A DNA stretch of 64,000 nt from Naegleria gruberi (taxonomy: Eukaryota): assembly GCA_000004985.1 (NCBI GenBank), contig GG738864.1; one strand, given 5' to 3'. Below are positions 1 through 10,223 of the stretch, piece after piece; the stretch's first letter is position 1, and the number at the start of each line of letters is the position of its first letter. Under the pieces are notes generated by a model. The model was not told where the DNA came from, did not search any database, and worked only from the letters and a program-made list of their open reading frames with translations. Position numbers and translations under genes: made by a program.

Positions 1-2427
1 TAACGAGAGTTCTACTAGAGGTAACATATTGAGTTTGATGTTTGACCATCTTGTGGTGATAAATTGATAAAAGAGTGTCCACTGATTCAATAGCACCAGA
101 TACTTGTTTGATATTCATATTAGAAATTCCAATTTGTAGAAAATGTTTCAGAGTGCCTAATAACAAATCCATAAATTTTCTTTGTTGGAACATGTCATCC
201 TTAATTTTAGAAACATGACACACACTAGATAATGCAATTTGGATAGTTGGTAAACAGGTTGCAAAATGGGTTTGATTAAAGCCTGTTATTAATTGATGAA
301 TGATATCATCATTGATTTCTGTACATTCTTTTTCGTCTTGAGTCTTGGCAAAGTAAACAGCTTTGGTAAGATATTCTGTGAGAGTGATGATTTTTCCAGT
401 GAATTTTTCAGCACAGGCAGAAGTTGCAATGAAAAGTTTCAAGAGAAGATTGTACTTTTGAACTTGAGGTTGTAATACAGTTGGTTTCGTTGGAGAATTA
501 AGGAAACCTTCATGTGATTTGATAATTACCTCCATCAAGTGATCGAAAAAGTCGGATTCAGTCATTGCCAAAACCATTGAATCATTGAAATTGAAAGTTT
601 TGACAAGCAAGTTTGTACTCTGAATCTGAAGTTGAACAACTTCATTTGGAAGATCGTCAATCATGTTGGAGAAGGATTTGAATTGGTTGGTCATGTATTC
701 TTGATAGAATTTGGATATGCCTTGCAATTTTTTACCTTTAGCTGCTGTCAAGAGACTATTATTAGTGTCCTCTGTAAATGATGAGCTTGGCGATTTCTTT
801 GGTGAAATGTCATCATCGATTGGTCCAACATATGATGAACGTCTTCTATCGGAAAAGTTTGGAACAAGGAAGCTTGGTGAAGACGTATTACTTTGATCAT
901 CTAAACTGAGTGGTTGTTTGAGTTTGATACTCATTCTGTTCAATTCTTGAGGAGTGGAAATCTTTGGTGTTGTTAAAGGATCGTAATCTTCAAAGTATTT
1001 CAATACATTGCATAAATTACTGATTGGGTGTTGGTTATATTTGCCTTTTTGACCCAATATGAATTGATGCAAGCATTGGTTGGTAATTTTGAGAATTTCA
1101 CTATTATTATTCCAGAACAAGAATTTACCCAATTCTGTGAGTCCTTGAACTTCCTCTCTTGTTGCACTGTCTAGACTCTTACTGAAAAAGCCAAAACTTG
1201 TGACAATGCAACGAATGAAACATTCTCTAGTGGTATGTGTTTCATCTCTTGAAACGTATCCCTTCAATAATTCAATAAATTTGACATAACCATTCAAACC
1301 AATAGTATTTGGGTCATCTTCATGAAGTTTCATTGAAATATCAGAAATGTTGGCTAGCAATTGTTTCATAGTTCTTAAAAGTTTTTGACCAGCAACAAGT
1401 AAATATACTTGTGAGGTATTTTCCAAAACTTCATTAATCTTTTCAAAGTGGGTTTGTTCTTTAATGCTCTCAACGATGGTTGGTCTACGTCCACTATTAT
1501 CTTCATGCATGGTTATTGGCTCATCCTTCAGAGATGTTTGCAAAACACTGAACAAATTATTAAAAGATGGAACACGTTTCATGAGACCTCTTGAAGTACC
1601 CTTCAATTGTTCACCAACTTCATCAAAGAAGAGTGGTTGAACAGTACCTTCAACACCTTGAAGAGCAGCCCTTCTTTCCTTGGAGAGAACTTCCTTTCCA
1701 TCCAGGCTAACAATTGGCAATCTGGAAATAAATAAAGTCCTATAATTCATTAATTTCATAACGAAAGGATTCGAATCAAAATTGATAGCTTTGATTTTTT
1801 TAAATCCTAACTTGAGCTCTCCTAAAAAGTTATCCAACTTTTCCTTATTCATATCCAATTGATTAAATGACATGTTCAAATCTTTCAATTTCACACAGGT
1901 GTGTAATCTTGTCAAAGATTCTAAACCATTACAAATCATGTTATACGAAATATCCAAAGATTCCAAATTGATCAGTTGTGAAATAGATTCTGGTATTGAT
2001 GAGAGCGAATTGTGTGACAAGTCCAAACGCACCAAATGTACATGAGCATTACTAAAGAGACATTTGTGAATTTCATTATGTGAGGCGTATAATCTTTTCA
2101 ATCTGGAAAATATTTCAAAATTCTTGTCAATTTCTTTAAATTGATTATTGCTATAATTTAAAAAGAAAATAATTAATTAGTTGTGAAAGAATATAAAACC
2201 TACCTAATATCCAACTCTTTCACACTCGATGCACCCTTCATCACAGCCTTCACAGCACCCAACGATGAAAGTTGAAACTTTTCATTAGAAAAATCCAAAT
2301 AGATAGGGTAGGACAACTTTTTTGTTACATCCTTCGTACACAATCTCTTAAAAGCCTCTTCATCGAGATCCGAATAGAAGCGATCGGGCGTAAGGAGAAA
2401 GTTTCGCTTTTTTTTATCGATTGGCAT
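1..2427 (-). CDS. Large leucine-rich-repeat (LRR) protein, 5' part only. Exon 1 is 2427..2204 and exon 2 is 2150..<1, running off the window.
   Basis: ATG at 2427-2425. Exon 1 encodes MPIDKK...VKELDI and ends in phase 2 at a GTAGGT donor (2203-2198). A 53-bp intron ends in TTATAG (acceptor AG at 2152-2151). Exon 2 continues in frame (AG+C=Ser) as an open reading frame of more than 700 codons down to position 1. LRR consensus such as LVRLDLSHNSLSSIPESISQLINLESLDISYN is visible. The rest is mostly alpha-helical, armadillo-like sequence. Confidence 0.6.
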
Positions 2428-2881
2428 ACTTATTGTAGATTTTAATTTTGGTAATTTTGGAGGGAATTTTCTTAGGCTATTTATGCCGTGTTATTAGTTG
2501 TTGTTGTTTGTTGCTTTTGATGTTTTTTTGTTGATTGCGAAAATATATAGGAAATGATTATCGCAATGATTGTTCTTTTCTATTGTTGTTCGCTTCTAGA
2601 TTGTTTACTTGATGAGGTAAGAACAATGTTCTATGGTACAGTGTTGAATCCTAGGGTTTTTTGTGGTTTGTTTTGTGAAGAAGAAAAGGAATCCACAATG
2701 TGATGATTTGTTTTTGGTGTGATGATTTTTTTTATGATGGAGGAATTTTGTTATTGACAGCTGACTTTTAGGTAACGGTTTGACAAGCGAATGAGAAGAA
2801 TACCAAGTTTTAACTGAAATTAATAAACATTAGTAAAATAGGGTATTCTTGATACCGCTTTGCATATCAGCATTATATTAT

Positions 2882-3958
2882 TTAATGATAACGATCAAGG
2901 AGTAATGATTCAAGAAAATAATTGGCACTTTCCAATAATTCATTCAATGGAATTGGAACAAATGAATCGTTCACTTTCTTTGGAAACAATTTAGACACTT
3001 CAGGGGAACTACCATCTGAGCTCAAATACGTCAATCCTGGCATTCCATAAAATGCATGACCATGTGCATGACCAAAATATAGATATTCAAACTCATTAAT
3101 CAATAAAATCAAAATCTCAAAGTCATAATCAACTTTCTTATAGAGACACATTTTGCCACATTTTCTATACTCAACAATTAAGCTAGCCACTCTATCCACA
3201 TTTGATTCACTTACAAATATCTTGTCTTTCACCTCATGTGTAGGATGTAATTCAATATTGGTCAAATTGGCCTCAAATTCATCATTTTCTTGAATAAATT
3301 CTTTGAAAATTTCCATAGCAAATAAACAATCAGATTCTGGACATTTTACATCACAAAGACTATTACAAAATGCAACATTTAAAATAACATTATCATCAAA
3401 GATATCATTAGCATTGATTGCTGCGTAGTTAATCTTTGGAATATGAGGAGAACATTTCTCCGAACACACATGATGAGCCATTTTGTTCTTCAACATTTTG
3501 AAAAGATTAATTTCACCACTATCATCGGAAGATTGACACTTAACCTCCACATCTTGAAATACTAATATTTGAGTTATTTCTTTAGTTAACTTTACCCTTT
3601 TCTTCTCCTCTCTTTCTTCTCTAAAATCCTTTCGTTTCTTATTCAATTCTTCTGGTGTAATAATTTTACGACTAAAGTAATCCACCACTTGTACTACTAT
3701 CCTTTCCAGACCTAAGAAGAGCGCGTGGTGCTTTTCCACCTGTTGATTTTCTGTATGTTTGTTTGGTTCGTGCCATTTTTTTGAGGTTTTTGTAAAAAGA
3801 AAAACTAAGTTTTCCAAAAAAATGTCATCACATGAATGGGGAGGAGATTTTGAGTTGTTCACGATAACGGAAGATGTTATTACTGTTATTGCACCTTTTC
3901 TACCACTGGATGATCGTTTGAAATTTATTAGAATTAGCAAGACTTGGCTCCGAGCCAT
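2882..3958 (-). CDS. Hypothetical protein with a GHAHGH motif near the C-terminus. 5' end uncertain.
   Basis: A 358-codon ORF with a true ATG at 3958. Its first ~45 codons overlap the convergent... rather, the divergent + strand gene starting at 3822 and are low complexity. The real start may be an internal Met (MLKNKMAHH..., about 3490), or the overlap is genuine. No confident family match. The LYFGHAHGHAFYG segment is suggestive of a metal-binding site only. Confidence 0.4.
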   Translation of the reverse strand: MARSQVLLILINFKRSSSGRKGAITVITSSVIVNNSKSPPHSCDDIFLENLVFLFTKTSKKWHEPNKHTENQQVEKHHALFLGLERIVVQVVDYFSRKIITPEELNKKRKDFREEREEKKRVKLTKEITQILVFQDVEVKCQSSDDSGEINLFKMLKNKMAHHVCSEKCSPHIPKINYAAINANDIFDDNVILNVAFCNSLCDVKCPESDCLFAMEIFKEFIQENDEFEANLTNIELHPTHEVKDKIFVSESNVDRVASLIVEYRKCGKMCLYKKVDYDFEILILLINEFEYLYFGHAHGHAFYGMPGLTYLSSDGSSPEVSKLFPKKVNDSFVPIPLNELLESANYFLESLLLDRYH

Positions 3959-4931
3959 CCGATCACTTCAGAGAATGTGGCGCGATGATGTTTTTATTGG
4001 AATTTTAAGAGGAGATAGGACAATTGGATTGGAAGGAGGTGAGAAAGAGTACTGGGAAGCGTATCCGAACAATTCCAATGAAGATAGCGTGGATTGGATG
4101 AAAGTTGTTCAATTGCAATTTTTAAAACTTCCAAAAAAGATGCAAGTTAAAAAGCATCAAGTTATAAAGATATTGGGAGAAAGCCATTATGGAAATGTTG
4201 ATTTGGTGAAAGAGTGGAAATCACCCTTCCAACCAAAGATTCGTAAAACTATTGAACTACCCTCTGAGAGTTCAATATTTGAATTTCCGTTTAATATTCG
4301 AAATGAAATTGATAAGATTGATGATTTGGATAGAAAAAAAGGAAAACTCAAAGGAATTTATGCTTGTTGCTTTTTCTATGAAATGCTTTCACTAGGTGAT
4401 TATGTACCAAATTTGTATAATGATATAATCAATGTTATTCCAGTTTCAGAAAATTACCAAGTCAACTTGGATTACTTTGCGAGGAGAGAATCTTTTGCTT
4501 TCATTTTGCTAACTATTTTACTGGAAGATTACAAGGATATTTTCCTGGATTGGTTCTTGGAAAGATTAGTTTGCAAATTGAAAGAGCCAAATTGTAAAAT
4601 GTATGAAACCCGAAACATTGTTGGTGAAAAATACACTGAGGAGATGGTAATGGAAGGAGGAATCAGTGATTTGGATTTTTGTCCTAATATTAACGTTAAA
4701 TCATGGCTTTTATTGGAATTATTCAGATACTCTGTTGATTATTTGGAAATTCATGATGATTGGAAGAATCAAGAAGCCAAATTAGATTCCTACATGCTGA
4801 ATGAACTATTTCCATTGTACTATAATGCTGGAGGTGGTTATTATGATGTTCTTAAGGTTACTTTCAGTTTGGATAAATCAAATGGAAACAGAGTTATTCT
4901 TACAAGAACTGAATCTGAAGAATTTTACTAA
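3822..4931 (+). CDS. Hypothetical protein with an N-terminal F-box-like motif
   Basis: The track ORF starts at 3759, which is TTG. The first ATG is at 3822 (MSSHEWGG...). The N-terminus (ITVIAPFLPLDDRLKFIRISKTWLRAIRSL) fits the F-box pattern. About 369 aa, no introns evident. Confidence 0.5.
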   Translation: MSSHEWGGDFELFTITEDVITVIAPFLPLDDRLKFIRISKTWLRAIRSLQRMWRDDVFIGILRGDRTIGLEGGEKEYWEAYPNNSNEDSVDWMKVVQLQFLKLPKKMQVKKHQVIKILGESHYGNVDLVKEWKSPFQPKIRKTIELPSESSIFEFPFNIRNEIDKIDDLDRKKGKLKGIYACCFFYEMLSLGDYVPNLYNDIINVIPVSENYQVNLDYFARRESFAFILLTILLEDYKDIFLDWFLERLVCKLKEPNCKMYETRNIVGEKYTEEMVMEGGISDLDFCPNINVKSWLLLELFRYSVDYLEIHDDWKNQEAKLDSYMLNELFPLYYNAGGGYYDVLKVTFSLDKSNGNRVILTRTESEEFY

Positions 4932-5437
4932 GCTTATGGTTGATAAACCTATTAGCTAATATCTTTACAATGTATTTTACTATTGTATTTGCAGACCACT
5001 GATTGGTGACACCATGACACAACAGTATAATTAACTTCACAATTTCATTTTTGATCTTTTAACATAATACAACATGAATATCAGTAAGCCATGTCATGAA
5101 AATCTTTCCAATCAAAAAAGTCACTCTCACAAGAATTTTCCTTTTCATCATTCGATCACTGACATGTTTCAATACTAACACTTTCTAATACAACGTAATT
5201 GCAATTGCATCTACTATTCGAATTGTATCTACATTGCAAAAATGTTTTCCCTCCATAACAAACTTCGCTTTAAAACAAACAGAAAAAAAAGAGTCGACAT
5301 CGCGTTTTGCTCAGCGTTTCATTTTCTCTCTTGTTGGACAAAGATCGGCAATTAAAACAAAAAAGGGTTTCAATACGAAAGGTCTTGTATAGTGCGCAGT
5401 CAATTAGGAAAGAAAATTAATTGGACAATAGGAAAAG

Positions 5438-6865
5438 ATGGGTAATTCGATTCATAGGAGAAAACAACATGAACGTGTTGGAAAGAAGGAAAGACATGTT
5501 GCAAGGAAGGAATTTGAATTATTGGCTTTTGGATTTCAAGCATGCATTTCGAATAATGCTAACAACAGTGGAATACATCAGGATGCAACAGCAAACAATA
5601 CAGAGCTGTCATCATGCAAAAGGACTCTTCACTTGCCTTCTAAATCCATTGTTCGTGAAATAATATCTGGAGGCAACTTTACCGTTTTCAGAACCTTCTC
5701 AAACAAGCTATTTATCAAACATATCGGAGAGGCAAAGAAGACATCTGGTAATGCAATTCGACTTTCTGGTAAGGTTGCAAGATTTAAATATCATAAAGTC
5801 AACCATCAGAAAAATAATGACCAAATGTGGGGCGACAACCTAAAACGATTGCAATACAAGATTGGGAACAATACAGACCTTGGAGAAATTCATTGCTCGA
5901 ATCATTCAATTTGTTTGAGAATGAAGGATGATTCAATAACAATATTTGATGATTATTCCAAGAGTATGCTCCACATTACTGATTACAAGAGCAGAAATGA
6001 ATTGAAAAGCATCTATTCTGGCTCATTGGCATCAACCTTTATATTTGTAAATAATAGAAATCAAGTCTATTTATGCAAACACAAGGAAAATAATATAATT
6101 GACAAGAATTATGAACCGTTCACATTCTTAAAGAATGTACCATTACCTGAAATTTTTGGAAAGTCAACAATCATTAAGGGAGTTTGTGGAGCTGAAAAAT
6201 CATTTATAATTATTGAGAATTGTACGGATGGTTCTCATCAGCTTTGTTCTTTCAATGATACGATTCAACAATTTGAAATCGTACCAACACTCTTCCAAGG
6301 AGAGCGTATTCAAGATATTTCATGTGGTTATCGACACATGGCAGCAATTCTGGAATGTGGTGATGTTTTCCTTAGTACAAGTACTTCTGAAATATCATTC
6401 AAATTGATTCAATTTCCTCTCTTCCCATTCATAAAGTTGAACGAACCTCCAAAAAGAAGAAGTAATCCAAATAGAAAGCAAGAAGTTTCCAAAGATCCAT
6501 ATGCATTAATATATGAAAGAGATCAAATGGTAGGAACTATCAAACCGTTCATTCCTCAAAGAGTTTTATGCTCCTCTCTTGCTACCTTCTTCCTCAATGA
6601 CAAGGGATGCATCATACTAGGTCAACCATGTAATGATGTTACTCCAACATTTTTATTCGATGATGGCAGTTCTGCTTTCTATCATGCATTCAATGAAGAT
6701 GGTCTTGTGCCCAACAGTGAAATTAGTGTAGGTGGTTGGCACTTTTCCTTTCATCAGACTAAATTAATTTCCAAAACCTCACTCCAACACTTTCAATCCA
6801 ATTTTAAATATTTAACAGATGATAATACTACAAGTACGAGTGATATTACTATCATTTGCCAATAA
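5438..6865 (+). CDS. Hypothetical protein with an N-myristoylation consensus and weak RCC1-like beta-propeller repeats
   Basis: ATG at 5438, 475 aa. The N-terminus MGNSIHR fits the MGxxxS myristoylation consensus. Segments such as IQDISCGYRHMAAILECGDVFL resemble RCC1 blades weakly. Confidence 0.45.
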   Translation: MGNSIHRRKQHERVGKKERHVARKEFELLAFGFQACISNNANNSGIHQDATANNTELSSCKRTLHLPSKSIVREIISGGNFTVFRTFSNKLFIKHIGEAKKTSGNAIRLSGKVARFKYHKVNHQKNNDQMWGDNLKRLQYKIGNNTDLGEIHCSNHSICLRMKDDSITIFDDYSKSMLHITDYKSRNELKSIYSGSLASTFIFVNNRNQVYLCKHKENNIIDKNYEPFTFLKNVPLPEIFGKSTIIKGVCGAEKSFIIIENCTDGSHQLCSFNDTIQQFEIVPTLFQGERIQDISCGYRHMAAILECGDVFLSTSTSEISFKLIQFPLFPFIKLNEPPKRRSNPNRKQEVSKDPYALIYERDQMVGTIKPFIPQRVLCSSLATFFLNDKGCIILGQPCNDVTPTFLFDDGSSAFYHAFNEDGLVPNSEISVGGWHFSFHQTKLISKTSLQHFQSNFKYLTDDNTTSTSDITIICQ

Positions 6866-6940
6866 AGATATTTAAATAATGGATCATTAGATATCATCAC
6901 CAACAGTACTACCAAATTGATTTCAAGTTCCGATAAAAAG

Positions 6941-7255
6941 TTATTCATCATCGTCATCAAAGGTTTCTCCATATTCTTGTTTAATAGAGTCAAACAATTG
7001 CTGTTTGCTCTCCTCGAATTTATTCCTCAACTCTTCGTATACTTTTTCATATTCATCAAACATTTCCTCCTCTGCCGAATCTAGAACAATTTCCCTCTTA
7101 CAGACTGCTGGTTGTCCCGAAAATTCTGATGAAAGGGTAAAAATCTTATTTTCTTTAAAATCGAGCGTTGCTGATGGTGGAAGAGGAGGAGGTACAACTA
7201 TGGAATTTAGAGCATTATCATAATCCTCGAAATCCTCATCGTCATACAAAACCAT
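6941..7255 (-). CDS. Small, highly acidic protein (104 aa) with a proline-rich patch
   Basis: True ATG at 7255. D/E-rich termini (MVLYDDEDFEDYD... ...ETFDDDDE) and a central PPPLPP patch. Sits head-to-head with the acyl-CoA oxidase gene. No family assigned. Confidence 0.35.
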   Translation of the reverse strand: MVLYDDEDFEDYDNALNSIVVPPPLPPSATLDFKENKIFTLSSEFSGQPAVCKREIVLDSAEEEMFDEYEKVYEELRNKFEESKQQLFDSIKQEYGETFDDDDE

Positions 7256-7836
7256 TTTTTTTAAATATTTTTAAATATTATTATTATTTTAAAAGGTTCT
7301 CATTTACTGTTTGGATTCAAGTACGTAATAATAAAAATACTTAATTTATTAAATTAATTTCAATTATGTTCATCGAGCTTCAATTATACCAATAAGGAAA
7401 CGTAAAAATAACTATCTTAAATCCTCACAAACAACAAACTATTTCACTAAGGAATTGATACAAAACTTCTGTTATACAACAAAACCACTTCACTGAGCCA
7501 TCTATTCAACAATGGTCAACATCGTACATTCATAATTTTATTGCCCTCATCACAATTTTGGGCAAATTCAAGTTTTGTAATCTCCATGTCTACAGCTGCG
7601 ATCTTTGGAGAATAGGAGAAAACTTTGAGTTTTAAAATAAACTTCGCACTCTTGTCGTTAAAAAAAATTTACATTAAAAAAAAGCGGCAATTCTCTTCCA
7701 ATCCCTTCTCTCCTGTACATTACCTAGATTTGGCTGCTTTTTGAAGCTTCATCGCTATCATACAATTTCCATCACCATCATCAAAAATAATATTATTATT
7801 ATTTTATTAAATTTTTAATAGATCATTCCGAATATC

Positions 7837-10172
7837 ATGTCTTCTCTAATTTCCAATAATAATACATCTGCTAATAGACGTTTGGCTGTCCATTTGAATC
7901 ACTTGGTTCCTTCAACAACATCACCTCTTGCTCAACAAGCAAGCAGCAGCAACAACAGCAGCAGTACTATTGAACAACAAGTTTGTGCTGGCCAAATCAT
8001 TCAAGCAAATCCAACTCTTGGTTATACTTATCCAAACGAAGAAAATGATCGTTACAGCAGTATTTCATACAACTATAACCATACTTTTGATGTCAAAAAG
8101 ATGCAAGCTTGGTTGAATGGCAGTTTTGATAAGAAGGCCATGTATAAATTCCTTGATAATCCACTCTTGCTCAAGAGATCCACAAATATGCCAAAGGAAG
8201 AAGCCAGAGAATTGACTCTTCAACAAGTTGCCTTCCTCTGCAAGTCAGGTCTCTATCGTATTTCGGATATGAAAAAGACACCAGAACTCATTCTTAACAG
8301 ATTGGAAAATACTGGTCTCATTGAATCATCAAGTAATGTCAAGTTAGGTGTCCAATTGGTTCTTTTCGCTGGTAGTATCCTCAATTTGGGTACTAAGAAG
8401 CATCACGACAAGTATTTGAAGGCAGCTGAATGTATTGAGCTTCCTGGTATGTTTGCCATGACTGAAGTATGTTATTTGTTTTATATTTGATTTTTTAACA
8501 CAATCATTTCCGATTTCATTATCTTCTATTGGATAATTAATAATTACAGATTGAACACGGAAGTAATGTCAGACAACTCCAAACTACTGCCACTTTTGAT
8601 GAAAATACTAACGAATTCATTATCAACACTCCAAATAAGGGTGCTGTAAAGTGGTGGCTCGGTAATGCTGCTTGTCACGGTGTTATGGCTACTGTCTTTG
8701 CCAGACTCATTTTGAAGGGTAAGGATTATGGTGTCCATGCATTCCTCTGTCCAATCAGAGATGCCCAAACACATAAACTCATGCCTGGTGTTATTGCTGG
8801 TGACTGTGGTGACAAGATTGGTTTGCACGGTATTGACAATGGCTTCTTGGAATTTACCAATGTTCGTGTTCCATATGATAATTTGTTGGACAGATTTGGA
8901 GGTATTGATTTGAATACCAAGAGTTACAAGTCTGACTATGAAAATCCAGACAGAAGATTTGCTGCTGTTTTGGGTGAATTGATTACTGGTAGAGTTACCC
9001 TCATCAGTGGTTCAATTAATTGCAGAAGAGCTGCCCTTATGATTGCTACTCGTTATGCTAGTCAAAGATGTCAATTTGGTCCTGGAAAGGATTTACCAGA
9101 ACAACCAATTCTTGACTACAAGTCACACAAGGTCAAGTTGATGCCAATCATTGCCTCTGCCTATGCCTATGAATTTACCAAGAGAAAGGTTATCAAGAAG
9201 TATTGCAGAATGCACTTGGAAAAGGTCAGTGACGATGAATTACAAGAAGTTCACGCCCTTGCTGCTGGTGTTAAGGCTGTTATCACTTGGGATACTCAAG
9301 AATATTTGCAAACCCTCAGAGAAATGTGTGGTGGTCATGCTTACTCTGCATATAACCGTTTGGGTGCTGTTCGTGATGATCACGATGTTTTCCAAACCTT
9401 TGAAGGTGATAACACTGTTCTCATCCAACAATTGGGTGGTTTCTTGTTGAAGGAATTCAGTAGACAATTCACTGGTGAAATGATTTCTGATTCTATCAAT
9501 TATATTAGAAAGCAAGTTGGTGGTATGCTCACAAAGAGAAATCCAGTCATTACTAGATTTGCCAGTAAGAAGCACTTGAGAAATTCTGAATTCCATCTCC
9601 AAGCTTTTGAATACAGAACTGCCAAATTGCTCCAAGAATGTGCCATTGAAATTAATGGTAGAAAGAAGAAGCAAGGCATGTTCCATGCTTTCAATGAATC
9701 TCTTCCAAAACTCATTCGTTTGGGTAGAGCTTATGTTGAACAAGTTGCTCTCCAAGACTTCCTCAGTGAAATTGAAAATATCACTGATTCTGAACTTAAG
9801 CGTATTTTGAAATTGATGGCTGACTTGTTTGCTTTGGATACCATGTCTAAGAATATTGGTGAATTCCTTGACCTCATTAAGAAGAACAAGTTCTCTGCCA
9901 TCCAAAACATGATTGAATGGTTGTGTGATGAATTAAGAGTCCATGCTGTTTCCTTGGTCGATGCTTTCGGTTTCCCAGACTTCCTTCTTGATGCTCCAAT
10001 TGGTAAGAGAGATCATGGTAATTATGTTCACCACATTCTTGATTATGCTCTCACTAGAAATAAGGGTAATGCTGATATTGTTGGCAAGATGGTCACAGCC
10101 AAGAAGGTCAACAAGAAACAAGTTGTCAGAGATGAAAGAGAAACTAACGATGTCATGGAAATTGATTTGTAA
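7837..10172 (+). CDS. Acyl-CoA oxidase (peroxisomal beta-oxidation). Exon 1 is 7837..8466 and exon 2 is 8550..10172.
   Basis: Exon 1 ends ...IELPGMFAMTE at a GTATGT donor (8467). An 83-bp intron ends TTACAG (8549). Exon 2 continues in frame as IEHGSNVRQLQTTATFDENTNEFIINTPNKGAVKWWLGNAA.... This spans the ACOX N-terminal, middle and C-terminal domain signatures across about 750 aa. The N-terminus has an S-rich extension containing RLAVHLNHL, which matches the PTS2 consensus R-[LVI]-x5-[HQ]-[LA]. Confidence 0.85.
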
Positions 10173-10223
10173 ATATATTGTATAAAACAGTTTTTATTTA
10201 TTGAAGTTAAATTTGAAATTCAC

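Noticed and set aside
3759-3821. Track start codons at 3759, 14906, 18180, 23749, 26116, 34095, 38144 and 47582
   Set aside because: These are TTG/GTG/CAA-complement codons, not ATG. The ORF track appears to allow bacterial alternative starts. Eukaryotic starts were reassigned to the first in-frame ATG or to spliced upstream exons.
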